Source: Lysobacterales bacterium (GTDB taxonomy: Bacteria; Pseudomonadota; Gammaproteobacteria; Xanthomonadales; SZUA-38). From it: DNA of 64,000 bases. Of the stretch, positions 1 through 8,995 are shown piece after piece. Within the stretch, counting starts at the first letter, position 1. Each line of letters starts with the position of its first letter. The notes under the pieces were generated by a model, which saw nothing but the letters and a program-made list of their open reading frames with translations, had not been told where the DNA came from and did no database searches. The stretch spans positions 27,522 through 91,521 of the forward strand of contig CBDBVC010000013.1 of assembly GCA_965212525.1 (NCBI GenBank), written 5' to 3'. Made by a program: the position numbers and the translations under genes.

Positions 1-1814
1 GGATAAACGTGCTCGCCAAACACCTGCCAGCCGCGTAACTGTCGCTCGCGCCAGCGCAGTTCGGTGATGCGTCTGGAATTACCCAGGTCCTCATTGAAAC
101 CCTCGGCCACGTCAGCAAAATCTTCAGTATTGCGCAACAGCATGGTGTTGGCAGAAATCGAATGCTGGTCATTGATTTTCAGTCCGGCTGTCAGGAACCC
201 GCTGAGATCGATATCGCGCCGTGTGGTGAGCGATCGCTCCTCACTTTCGAGAATCAGTACGTTGTCGGTACCGGTATTGAAATCACGTCGCACTTCTTCA
301 CGGGTTTCATAGGATGAGCCGTAATCGATGGCCGCCGAAAATCCGATCAGCACATCGTTGTCGAACTGATGCCGCATGCCGCCGGAGATCCCGAAGCCAA
401 GGCCCGGATCGATCTCTTGCCGTGACGGCGTGTAAATCGCGTTCAAAGACTCACCGATGGCTTCCAGCTCTTCCGGGCTGAAGCCCTGCGGAAAGAATGG
501 ATTGGCCGGTCGCAGCTCGCGATCACCGGCAATGGCCTCGGCCAGCAAATCCGGGATGTCACGTGTACCGTCATCGTAGCCCAGATCATCGTCATCACCA
601 CCTTGATAGCTAAGTCCCTGCTTGCCGGTGGTCTGATCGTTGTACTCGCTGGACAAGGCGATGCTGAGGAAATTGGACGGCGGGATATTGCGCGTTCTGA
701 GGACCACGGCGCCGCCACCGAATTCTGCAGGAAAGTTTTCGGCATAGCCCTTCTGCACTTCGATGCTTTCGATGATTCCGGTGGGGAACAGGTCCAGCGG
801 TACTACCCGGCGGGTCGGATCCGGGCTGGGCATGTTGGCGCCATTGAGCAGGGTATTCGAATAGCGTTCTCCCAGGCCGCGAATGTAGATGAACTTGCCA
901 TCGACTAGTGTCAGACCGGTCACGCGCTTGAGTGCGCCTGCGGCATCAGAGTCACCAGACTTTGAGATCTGTTCGATGCTGAGAAAATTGGCCACCGTCG
1001 AGGTGTTCTTGCGTTCTTCCAGTACACTGGCCAGTGAACCCTCGATGAACGGTTCGATGACCACAAACTCGGGCAGCTCGGACCCGGCCGGCGTCATTTC
1101 CACGGACAGTTCACGCGTCTGGCCCTCGGCTATCAGCACACCCTCCTCGATCACCGAATTGAAGCGCGAGGACAAGGCACTCACCGAATACTCCCCCACC
1201 GGTAGTTCAATTTCAAAGCGACCGTCTTCATCGGTGATGGCACGTTCATCGGTACCGCTGATGAACACGCGTGCATTGGCAATCGGCTGACGATCCTCGG
1301 CGCTGACCAGCTGGCCACTCAGTATGCCGGTGCGCGAGGGATCGAGAAACTGCAGTTCATCGCTCTGGTTCTGTTCTGCCAGCAATGAGCGATCAACCGA
1401 CGATTCCAGATCAATTTCCGGTTCGTCGCCATCAAGCGGATCACGGGTTCTGAAACTGATGATGACCTGCTGGATTTCAGCGGCCATGACATCGGCTTCG
1501 TAGTGATACAGCGTTTGCCCGTCAACCCGAAACTCCAGCGGGTGTACGCCAGCATCGAGTCGAACCACCACATTGCCATATTCATCAGTGCTGCCCAGTT
1601 TTCGGTCTTCGGAGTATACCTGGGCGTCATCGATTGGTGCCCCCCTGAACATCAGGAAGAACGAGACCATGGCGGGTTCAGCCGCTTGAATGGCTGGAGC
1701 AGCCGCAGAAACACCGGCGTCATTTTCGCCGACATCATTCTGGCTTGCATGAGCCAGGGGCCCGGTCACCAGAAACAATCCAAGCAAGGTGTGGATGAGT
1801 AATCGTTTGATCAT
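1..1814 (-). CDS. TonB-dependent receptor with N-terminal carboxypeptidase-regulatory-like extension (runs off the left edge)
   Basis: Not in the ORF track (no stop in window). Manual translation from ATG 1814: MIKRLLIHTLLGLFLVTGPLAHA (signal peptide) ... GILSGQLVSAEDRQPIANARVFISGT...TDEDGRFEI (CarbopepD-reg-like) ... plug motif SKSGDSDAAGALKRVTGLTLVDGKFIYIRGLGERYSNTLLNG...LDLFPTGIIESIEVQKG...FGGGAV. Frame stays open to position 1. Confidence 0.92.
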   Translation of the reverse strand, partial: MIKRLLIHTLLGLFLVTGPLAHASQNDVGENDAGVSAAAPAIQAAEPAMVSFFLMFRGAPIDDAQVYSEDRKLGSTDEYGNVVVRLDAGVHPLEFRVDGQTLYHYEADVMAAEIQQVIISFRTRDPLDGDEPEIDLESSVDRSLLAEQNQSDELQFLDPSRTGILSGQLVSAEDRQPIANARVFISGTDERAITDEDGRFEIELPVGEYSVSALSSRFNSVIEEGVLIAEGQTRELSVEMTPAGSELPEFVVIEPFIEGSLASVLEERKNTSTVANFLSIEQISKSGDSDAAGALKRVTGLTLVDGKFIYIRGLGERYSNTLLNGANMPSPDPTRRVVPLDLFPTGIIESIEVQKGYAENFPAEFGGGAVVLRTRNIPPSNFLSIALSSEYNDQTTGKQGLSYQGGDDDDLGYDDGTRDIPDLLAEAIAGDRELRPANPFFPQGFSPEELEAIGESLNAIYTPSRQEIDPGLGFGISGGMRHQFDNDVLIGFSAAIDYGSSYETREEVRRDFNTGTDNVLILESEERSLTTRRDIDLSGFLTAGLKINDQHSISANTMLLRNTEDFADVAEGFNEDLGNSRRITELRWRERQLRGWQVFGEHVY

Positions 1815-1845
1815 GGGATTCCAGTTCGGAAATCAGCCCGACTAA

Positions 1846-3021
1846 CTACTGGCAGCGCCAGCTGTCGACCGTGCAATCCTCGATTGCCTTTCTGAGTTCC
1901 AGTGATTTCTTGAACAGTACCGTGTCCGAGATACCGGCCAGATACTGTTCGGATTGACTGAACTGGCCGGTCTTGAAATAGGCATAGGCCAGTGCGTATC
2001 GGATGTCATCCAGCTGATCCAGCCGGTTTCGTTTGAGGGAAACCTCCATTGAGGCAGCCTGATCATAATCACCAGTCTCCAGCAGCAGTGCCAGGCGCTG
2101 CTTGAGCTTGTCCTGCTGATCGGATACCTGGGAGTTCAACGACAGCGCCATGTAATGCTGTCCTGCGCGTCGATACAGTTCAGCCGCCTCACTGAGCAAC
2201 ACGGGGTTCAGCAGAGCAGCCTCGTGCACAATGGCTGCGGCTGAATGATAATGACCGGTATTGATATAGACGAGCGCGAGCGCCTTGGCAACCTGTTCGT
2301 TCTGCGGGTATCGAATCCTGGCCTCCTGCAGAAATTCGAGCGCGAACTGATATTGCCCGGACGCACGCAGGGCATTGCCGATGGCAATGAAATCTTCTGC
2401 ACTGGCATCGTTTTCGGCCAGGTACACTTTTCCGATTTCGGCGGCATCACTGTACAGACCGAGCTCGACGAAATAAAACAGCTTGCGACGATCAAAACTG
2501 GCATCGTCCTCGAACACCGATGACGCCTGATCGAGAACAGCAATGGCTGCTGTATAGTCAGTCAGAAACCAGTGACTTTGCGCGCGCATGTGATACCCCG
2601 ATGGAATGCGTGCAACCGCCTCGCCTGCGCGATCCAGCGATTCGAGTGCCAGTCGGTAGTCTTCCAGAGTATAGGCGGTCTGTGCCAGGTGAACATGGAT
2701 TACCGGTTCAACCTCGCCCAGCTCGATGGCCTTCAGTAACGAATCACGCGCTGCTTCATGTCGATTCAGGCGCCCGGCCAGCATACCGCTGATAACATGA
2801 AAACGCTGAACATCGACACCATCAGCCTCGAGCTCGACCTGCGCCAGCGCCACTTCAGCTCGATCCAGGTTGCCATCCCGCATCATCAGTGAGGCCAGTT
2901 CGAGATAGTCGACTTCGTTCTCATCTGCCGCCTCGTTGTTGGCATGAATCAGTGGAGCAGCACTGAATGCAAGCAATAACACCAGCAGGCGAATGAAGGA
3001 TTGACTGTCACGAAGTTTCAT
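1846..3021 (-). CDS. Periplasmic tetratricopeptide-repeat protein (TtpD-like)
   Basis: Signal peptide, repeated helical TPR-like units, directly downstream of tonB. Confidence 0.85.
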   Translation of the reverse strand: MKLRDSQSFIRLLVLLLAFSAAPLIHANNEAADENEVDYLELASLMMRDGNLDRAEVALAQVELEADGVDVQRFHVISGMLAGRLNRHEAARDSLLKAIELGEVEPVIHVHLAQTAYTLEDYRLALESLDRAGEAVARIPSGYHMRAQSHWFLTDYTAAIAVLDQASSVFEDDASFDRRKLFYFVELGLYSDAAEIGKVYLAENDASAEDFIAIGNALRASGQYQFALEFLQEARIRYPQNEQVAKALALVYINTGHYHSAAAIVHEAALLNPVLLSEAAELYRRAGQHYMALSLNSQVSDQQDKLKQRLALLLETGDYDQAASMEVSLKRNRLDQLDDIRYALAYAYFKTGQFSQSEQYLAGISDTVLFKKSLELRKAIEDCTVDSWRCQ

Positions 3022-3046
3022 GGCGTTGGATCCGGTACTTGCCTGA

Positions 3047-3691
3047 TCAACTCAGGTCAAATCGTATGCGTTGCTTGGCCCAGGACTTGACCGAGCGGCC
3101 ATCATACTGTGCCGGTTCGAACTGCCAGGCATTGATGCCCTGCAGCGCCACGTCATCGAACACACCGGCTGGCTGTGAATCCACCACCTTGACCTGTTCG
3201 ATCTCGCCGGTGATTCCAATCAGCAGCGACAGGATGACATAACCTTCCTGACCCCTGGCGCGGGCACGCGGTGGATAGATCATCGGTGCCTGATAGACCG
3301 CCTTGGGTGGCGCATCCACAGTATCGTCTGTCATGACCATGCCGGCGGAATTGCCCAGAATATCGCCATCCATGCCATTGAGATCGTCCAGTGAAAAATC
3401 GGGCAGGCCCAGATCAATACCAGCAAGTTGAGAATTCAGACCAAGCAACGGTGTGGGTGGTGCCGATCGTCGTGGCTGACGCTTAGGCCTGGGCCTGGGC
3501 CGCTCAACCTTCTGCTGTGTCTTGGGCTTGTCACGCTTGAACTGGATTTCCGTTCCCTTGTTGTCGGCATAACTGTCCGGATTGTCACTGGACTTGTTGA
3601 TCATGATCAGTGTGCCGCATACCAGGACGGTACCCAGCATCATGGATGACAACGCGGTCATCAGTCGTTTTGTTCTGACGTGTCTTTTCAT
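3047..3691 (-). CDS. tonB: Energy transducer TonB
   Basis: N-terminal TM, Pro/Arg-rich linker, C-terminal TonB domain (YPPRARARGQEGYV...VFDDVALQGINAWQFEPA). Confidence 0.92.
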   Translation of the reverse strand: MKRHVRTKRLMTALSSMMLGTVLVCGTLIMINKSSDNPDSYADNKGTEIQFKRDKPKTQQKVERPRPRPKRQPRRSAPPTPLLGLNSQLAGIDLGLPDFSLDDLNGMDGDILGNSAGMVMTDDTVDAPPKAVYQAPMIYPPRARARGQEGYVILSLLIGITGEIEQVKVVDSQPAGVFDDVALQGINAWQFEPAQYDGRSVKSWAKQRIRFDLS

Positions 3692-4101
3692 TAGCCTGCT
3701 CCTACTTCTTTCGAGGTTGCCACACCCACATCGGCCGCTCCGGCCAGACGGGCCTGGTCAACCACTTCAACCAGTTTTCCTGACGGCACATTTTCATCGG
3801 TGACCACCAGAACCGATTTCTGGGTTTTCGATTTGAGCTGATCTCGCAATCGACTCTGGATCACCCAGATCCGGATGCTTTCACCGTCCATGTACACCTC
3901 TCCGCTGTTGTCGATATAGAGTCGGATCGCCTTGGTAGAGGCCACGGTGGCCGTTGCTGCCGAGGGTCGATCCAGATCCAGCTTCAGATCCTTGACGAAG
4001 GTGGTCGACACCATGAAGAAGATCAACAGGATGAAGACCATGTCGATCAACGGCGAGATGTTCAGATCCTGAACGGTTTCCTTGCTTTCGCGATAACGCA
4101 T
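3691..4101 (-). CDS. exbD: Biopolymer transporter ExbD
   Basis: LNISPLIDMVFILLIFFMVSTTF motif. Confidence 0.95.
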   Translation of the reverse strand: MRYRESKETVQDLNISPLIDMVFILLIFFMVSTTFVKDLKLDLDRPSAATATVASTKAIRLYIDNSGEVYMDGESIRIWVIQSRLRDQLKSKTQKSVLVVTDENVPSGKLVEVVDQARLAGAADVGVATSKEVGAG

Positions 4102-4709
4102 TAACGTGCTCCTGATGGCTCATCCAGCTCGGAACACAGGATGTCCTTGAGCTGGGCCATTTCAATCTGGATGTTGCGCTGCTTTCTGTCGAGAATACCG
4201 TTGGCGATCAGCCCCGGGATCGACACAGCCAGCCCCATCTGGGTGGTGATCAGTGCCTGTGAGATGCCGCCGGCGATACCGCCTGATTGTGAAAACAGCG
4301 ACATGTCACCAAGCGACTCGAATGTTTCGATCATGCCTGAAACGGTTCCGAGCAGACCGAGCAGGGGCGCCACCAGTACGATGGTGATGATCAGCACACG
4401 ATACTTGGTGATTTCCCTTTCTTCCTCGGCAAAGGCGTCGTCGAGATAACGACGCAGGTTGTCCTTTCCCTTGCGTTGAAGCTTCATGCCCTTCTTGAGC
4501 ACTCGGGTCATGACGCCATCACCGCTGGGTTTCTTGCCCTTGAGGTGCCTGTAAACGAGGGCACGAGCACCACGCGGGGTACCGCGCTTCAGTGCGGCAT
4601 AGCGATATCCCAGTGTCCACCACAACACGATGGTCGCCAGTATCAATGGTGGCATGACGTAGCCGCCGGCACCGATGTAATAGGACAGTTGTGAGATCGC
4701 GTCGAACAT
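4101..4709 (-). CDS. exbB: MotA/TolQ/ExbB proton channel protein
   Basis: APLLGLLGTVSGMIETF ... GGISQALITTQMGLAVSIP. Confidence 0.93.
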   Translation of the reverse strand: MFDAISQLSYYIGAGGYVMPPLILATIVLWWTLGYRYAALKRGTPRGARALVYRHLKGKKPSGDGVMTRVLKKGMKLQRKGKDNLRRYLDDAFAEEEREITKYRVLIITIVLVAPLLGLLGTVSGMIETFESLGDMSLFSQSGGIAGGISQALITTQMGLAVSIPGLIANGILDRKQRNIQIEMAQLKDILCSELDEPSGAR

Positions 4710-4716
4710 GGCCCGG

Positions 4717-6129
4717 TCAGTCTTTCTTCACGTCATGGAACACGTTGATGGCGCGCAGGGCGGCCTTCTCCATATCGTCCTTGATCCGTTCGGCCCAGCC
4801 CGACAGCACGTTGCCGAACAACAGGGTCGGAATGGCCACGGCCAGTCCAATTTCAGTGGTCACCAGTGCAATCGAGATTCCACCGGACAACAGTGCCGGG
4901 TCGCCGGTGCCGAATTCGGTGATAATGTCGAAGGTCGCAATCATGCCGGTTACGGTACCGAGCAGCCCCAGCAACGGGGATACCGTCGCAATCACCAGAA
5001 TCAGGGAGCCGAAGCGGTTCAGCTGGCTTGATTCATGAAGGATGGATTCCGAGACGATGTCTTCCAGATGGTCGCGGTCCTTGTCGAGGTTACGCAATGC
5101 TGATCCCAGCACTCTCGAGTTTGAACTCTTTCTCATGCCACACAGCTTGATGGCACCGGGCACATCGCGATCTCGAATTCGCTCCACCACCTGACGAAGC
5201 AGTGATTCGGTACTGGAGCTTGCCAGTTTGAGAAACACGAATCGTAGAATAATCAGGACCAGGGCAATCATGCCGAGCACGGCAATGATCCAGGCGATGA
5301 TGCCACCGGAGGCAATCACGCCCATGATGGTCTTGCCCTGTGACTCCTCGATTGCCTTGAGTGAGGATTCGAACAGGAAGACCGGCGTGACCGTCGATGG
5401 CTGACCACTGAGCAATGCCGTGGCAGCCTGGTTGTCGGCATCGTTCCAGATCTTGAAGCGATTATCACCGGCTGGTGCCAGCACACCATTACCCTCACTG
5501 CTCTGCCCGTAGGCAGCGATGTTTCCGACACGTGTGATGCTGCCAGTCACCTCACGGCCATCAGCCAGATAGAACGAGCCATCAGTTCGTGTGATGCTCG
5601 ACTTTTCGGCAGTCAGCTCAACCGCCGCAGTGACCAGTGCCCTGACCTGTTCGATTTCCGACGCTACCGTTTCAGCCTCGTCATTCACTGGCTTCAGGTT
5701 GTATTCTTCGAGAGTAGCGCTGGCCTGGACAATGGTGGACTCTAGCAGGCCCTTGTTGTCTTCAGCCGACTCGGACGTACGCTCCACCTCATAAATGTCC
5801 TGACTGAGCCGGTCAGCCTGATTGGCCAGATCCAGCATCTCGTTTTCCAGCGCATTGATTTGCTGCTCGATCTGGCGGGATTGTGCAGCAGACTCGGTTT
5901 CGTAACTGGCAATGCGTGTGCGGATATCCTTGACCTGTGCGGTCAGGAAGGCGTATTCCTTTTCATAGGCGTTACGCAGCGCCTGTTCAGCCGCCTGTGG
6001 ATCTGCAGCCGGAACCGGTGTCGGCTCAGGCGTGGTAACGGTGGTTTCAGATGCCGTCTCATTCTCCTGGGCCTGAACAGTCCCGATCAGCAGCACACCA
6101 AGGGTTAATAGAATAAGTATGTGTTTCAT
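4717..6129 (-). CDS. Long MotA/TolQ/ExbB family protein with periplasmic coiled-coil domain (TtpC-like)
   Basis: Signal peptide, coiled coil, C-terminal PLLGLLGTVTGMIATF...GGISIALVTTEIGLAVAIP. Confidence 0.9.
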   Translation of the reverse strand: MKHILILLTLGVLLIGTVQAQENETASETTVTTPEPTPVPAADPQAAEQALRNAYEKEYAFLTAQVKDIRTRIASYETESAAQSRQIEQQINALENEMLDLANQADRLSQDIYEVERTSESAEDNKGLLESTIVQASATLEEYNLKPVNDEAETVASEIEQVRALVTAAVELTAEKSSITRTDGSFYLADGREVTGSITRVGNIAAYGQSSEGNGVLAPAGDNRFKIWNDADNQAATALLSGQPSTVTPVFLFESSLKAIEESQGKTIMGVIASGGIIAWIIAVLGMIALVLIILRFVFLKLASSSTESLLRQVVERIRDRDVPGAIKLCGMRKSSNSRVLGSALRNLDKDRDHLEDIVSESILHESSQLNRFGSLILVIATVSPLLGLLGTVTGMIATFDIITEFGTGDPALLSGGISIALVTTEIGLAVAIPTLLFGNVLSGWAERIKDDMEKAALRAINVFHDVKKD

Positions 6130-6135
6130 TGTCGT

Positions 6136-6891
6136 TTAGCTCGCTGGAATACTGATCGTACCGGGCAGCTCGAAATAGCCCTGACGTATCTGTTTCTGAA
6201 GAGAATCAAACAGCACCTTGATCTGCTCGACGGATGTGCTGTCATCGATAATCTGGTATGACCAGCCATTGTCACGACGCACGGCCTGGCCGTACTGTTC
6301 ATCGCGTGTTCTGAAATACATCATGACTGTCCCCAGTTTGGCGACGTCAGCCAGTACGCTCTGCCCATTCAGGGTGATGGTCTGGGAATAGATCGCATTT
6401 TCGCGGGTGATCCGGATCTCATCTTCGAGAAAGGCCCACAGTTCGTTCACTGCCTTCTGGGCTGTGATTTTGCGGCCCTCAAGCTTCAGCCGTGTGTCGT
6501 TGATTGCCTGGGCACGTTCAACCTGCTTGAACGGTATGCCCGTTTCGAGGTTGGCCTGGATCTGCTCAATCAGCAGCATGACATCGGGGATGAGTGTTTC
6601 CGAATCAGAACCCAATTCGGCGATACGGACACGCAGGATCTTGAGATCATTTTCCAGACCCGTGACACGCAGCCGTTCACGATCCCGATTGGCTTCCAGT
6701 TCAGCACGGCGCGTGCTCAGGTAGGCCATCTTGTTCTTGTGTTCTTCAGTCTGAATTTTCAGCTCGGACTGAAGGTCCTCAACCTGCCCACGCAGGGTGA
6801 CCAGGTTGTCAACCAGTTCTTTGATATCCTGCTGAGCAGACACAGACAGCGCCATCAGCAGCAGTGATGTACATAATAAGGTGCGGAACAT
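6136..6891 (-). CDS. DUF3450 family periplasmic coiled-coil protein (TtpB-like)
   Basis: Start at ATG 6891 (MFRTLLCTSLLLMALSVSA signal); coiled coil, IPFKQVER and KLGTVMMYFRT motifs; first gene of the TonB operon. Confidence 0.8.
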   Translation of the reverse strand: MFRTLLCTSLLLMALSVSAQQDIKELVDNLVTLRGQVEDLQSELKIQTEEHKNKMAYLSTRRAELEANRDRERLRVTGLENDLKILRVRIAELGSDSETLIPDVMLLIEQIQANLETGIPFKQVERAQAINDTRLKLEGRKITAQKAVNELWAFLEDEIRITRENAIYSQTITLNGQSVLADVAKLGTVMMYFRTRDEQYGQAVRRDNGWSYQIIDDSTSVEQIKVLFDSLQKQIRQGYFELPGTISIPAS

Positions 6892-6938
6892 CTGGGAGTA
6901 TCCCCGAGAATAAAACCCGCATAGTTTAAAAACCCTTT

Positions 6939-6956
6939 GTGACAGAAAAATTACAA
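6939..6956 (-). promoter_or_regulatory. Putative Pho box upstream of the TonB operon
   Basis: Minus strand reads TTGTAAT-TTTT-CTGTCAC, close to the PhoB consensus CTGTCAT-N4-CTGTCAY. Confidence 0.65.
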
Positions 6957-7062
6957 AGACCGGTGGGATCAAGGCAGTCTTATCCGTATTGCGGAAAGCT
7001 GCAGCCTTTGTATTTCATGATCTGACGCTGGCTGGCTGGGAATATATGCACGCGCGATCCTG

Positions 7063-7102
7063 CTGTCATCAAACCTTAACACCGCAGTCATCGAACTGAA
7101 AT
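7063..7102 (+). promoter_or_regulatory. Putative four-unit Pho box upstream of the secreted protein
   Basis: CTGTCAT-CAAA-CCTTAAC-ACCG-CAGTCAT-CGAA-CTGAAAT: four heptamers at exact 11-bp period. Confidence 0.75.
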
Positions 7103-7161
7103 ATTCGCTCTGTACAGTGCAGCGACTTTACATGAACCCCACTGAGAACAGGTGTTAAATT

Positions 7162-8919
7162 ATGAACGTTAAGACGACTGCCCGCACTGTACTGGCGGTA
7201 TCGGTACTGGGCGCATCCTCCATGGTTGGCGCCATCAATATTGATGAAGTATTTGAAGGCCAGTGGTTCCAGACTGGCTCCAGCCGAGGCTGGGAACTGG
7301 ATTACATCAAGACTGGCCCGGAACGTGGCCTGATGTTTCTGACCGGATTCGTCTATGGTGATGACGGCAACCCGCTGTGGGTGGTAGGACAGGACGAGGT
7401 GGTTCCCGGTGACACCACACTGGACTTTGATCTGCTGACTGTCACAGGTGGCATCTTCGGCCCCGGACCCAGCACCACCACCAACGCCGTTTTCGGCAAC
7501 ATGACCATGACGGTCAACGATTGCAATAACATCGACGTCAGCATCACCAACATCAACAGCCCGTTTGTTGCACAGTCCGAGTCCTCATTTTCACTGGAGC
7601 CCTTCGACACCATCGGCGGTACACCTCGTGATGCTTCGGTGTGCGCTTACCAGGTGCCATTCACTGCCTGTCCATCGTTTGCAACAGATGGCCCGACACC
7701 TCGTTCCTGTGTCCTGCAGGGTACGCTGAGCGGCAACATGACACTGACCAACAACACCACCTGGCTGCTCAATGGTGGTGTGTTCGTGGGTGGCGACAAT
7801 ACCAATCAGGGTGTTCTGACCATTGAACCAGGCACACGCATTGTCGGCCTGTCAGGTAACGACTTCCTGTCTGTCCAGCGTGGATCACAGATTATTGCAG
7901 ACGGTTCACCAAAAGCACCGATTGTGTTCACGGGCCCGTTCCCGGCAGGCGACCCGCAAGCAGGCGCCGGTAACTGGGGCGGCCTGGTCATCAATGGCAA
8001 TGCACCGATCAATATCTGCGACGAAAGCGTTCCCTTCGCCATGTGTGAAGATATCGGCGAAGGTGGTTCAGGAAACTTCGGTGGCGACAATCCCAACGAT
8101 TCCAGTGGCATCCTGCGCTATGTCCGCGTCCAGTTCGGTGGCTTCCGCATCAACGACGAAGACGAACTGAACGGTATTGCCTTCCAGGCGGTCGGTGACG
8201 GTACTGTTGTCGATTTCGTACAGGTTCACGCCAATGAAGACGACGGTGTCGAGTTCTTTGGCGGCACAGTGAATGCCAGGCACATCGTGCTGACGGGCAT
8301 CAAGGATGACAGCCTGGACTGGACACACGGCTGGGACGGTTCGCTGCAGTACCTGCTCGTGAAGCAGGACGCCAACGCCGCCAATGACAAGGAACGCGGC
8401 ATCGAAGCAGACAACTTCGAAGACAACAACGACGCCACTCCACGCTCGCAGCCAAGGATTGCCAATGCGACCTTCATTGGCGGCCCGTCCGACAACAAGA
8501 CCACCACCGGCATGGTGTTGCGTCGCGGCACCGGGCTGAACATCACCAATTCGGTCGTCACCGGGTTCGAGCGTTGCCTGGACATCGACAGCAGTGCGAC
8601 ATTCAATGCAGCCGGATCAATCGGCAGCCTGAGTGGCACACTGACGATGGAAAACACGGTCATCAGCTGTGACACCAACTTCGATGAAGAAGCCGAAGAC
8701 GGTTTTGCCGTCAGCGATTTCTTCAACAATCAGGCGGGCAACGAAGTGACCAACCCGGGTCTGAACAACATCTACCCACCCGCCGGTGCTTCCTATCTCA
8801 ACGGCAAGGTGATGGACTTCAGCATCTTCGGTGACTTTTTCGACAAGGTCGAATACTCGGGTGCATTCAGTGGCCAGGGAACAGCCTGGACCAACGGCTG
8901 GACCGAGTTCCTCGACTGA
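7162..8919 (+). CDS. Secreted acidic protein: N-terminal beta-rich domain plus beta-helix-like domain
   Basis: Signal peptide; LTIEPGT, NWGGLVING, SSGILRYVRVQFGG, ELNGIAF, DDGVEFFGG, DDSLDWTHGW, GIEADN, C-terminal WTNGWT. Confidence 0.85.
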   Translation: MNVKTTARTVLAVSVLGASSMVGAINIDEVFEGQWFQTGSSRGWELDYIKTGPERGLMFLTGFVYGDDGNPLWVVGQDEVVPGDTTLDFDLLTVTGGIFGPGPSTTTNAVFGNMTMTVNDCNNIDVSITNINSPFVAQSESSFSLEPFDTIGGTPRDASVCAYQVPFTACPSFATDGPTPRSCVLQGTLSGNMTLTNNTTWLLNGGVFVGGDNTNQGVLTIEPGTRIVGLSGNDFLSVQRGSQIIADGSPKAPIVFTGPFPAGDPQAGAGNWGGLVINGNAPINICDESVPFAMCEDIGEGGSGNFGGDNPNDSSGILRYVRVQFGGFRINDEDELNGIAFQAVGDGTVVDFVQVHANEDDGVEFFGGTVNARHIVLTGIKDDSLDWTHGWDGSLQYLLVKQDANAANDKERGIEADNFEDNNDATPRSQPRIANATFIGGPSDNKTTTGMVLRRGTGLNITNSVVTGFERCLDIDSSATFNAAGSIGSLSGTLTMENTVISCDTNFDEEAEDGFAVSDFFNNQAGNEVTNPGLNNIYPPAGASYLNGKVMDFSIFGDFFDKVEYSGAFSGQGTAWTNGWTEFLD

Positions 8920-8942
8920 TCTGAAACACGATTGGCACAAGC

Positions 8943-8972
8943 AAGGGCGCGTCTTCTGACGCGCCTTTTTTT
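8943..8972 (+). terminator. Rho-independent terminator
   Basis: AAGGGCGCGTC-TTCT-GACGCGCCTTT followed by a T run. Confidence 0.85.
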
Positions 8973-8995
8973 ATTTCAGTTTACAGGTGTGCGCT

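Noticed and set aside
64-1802. Short ORFs listed by the track in the first 1.8 kb
   Set aside because: All overlap the TonB-dependent receptor frame, which the track missed because its stop is outside the window
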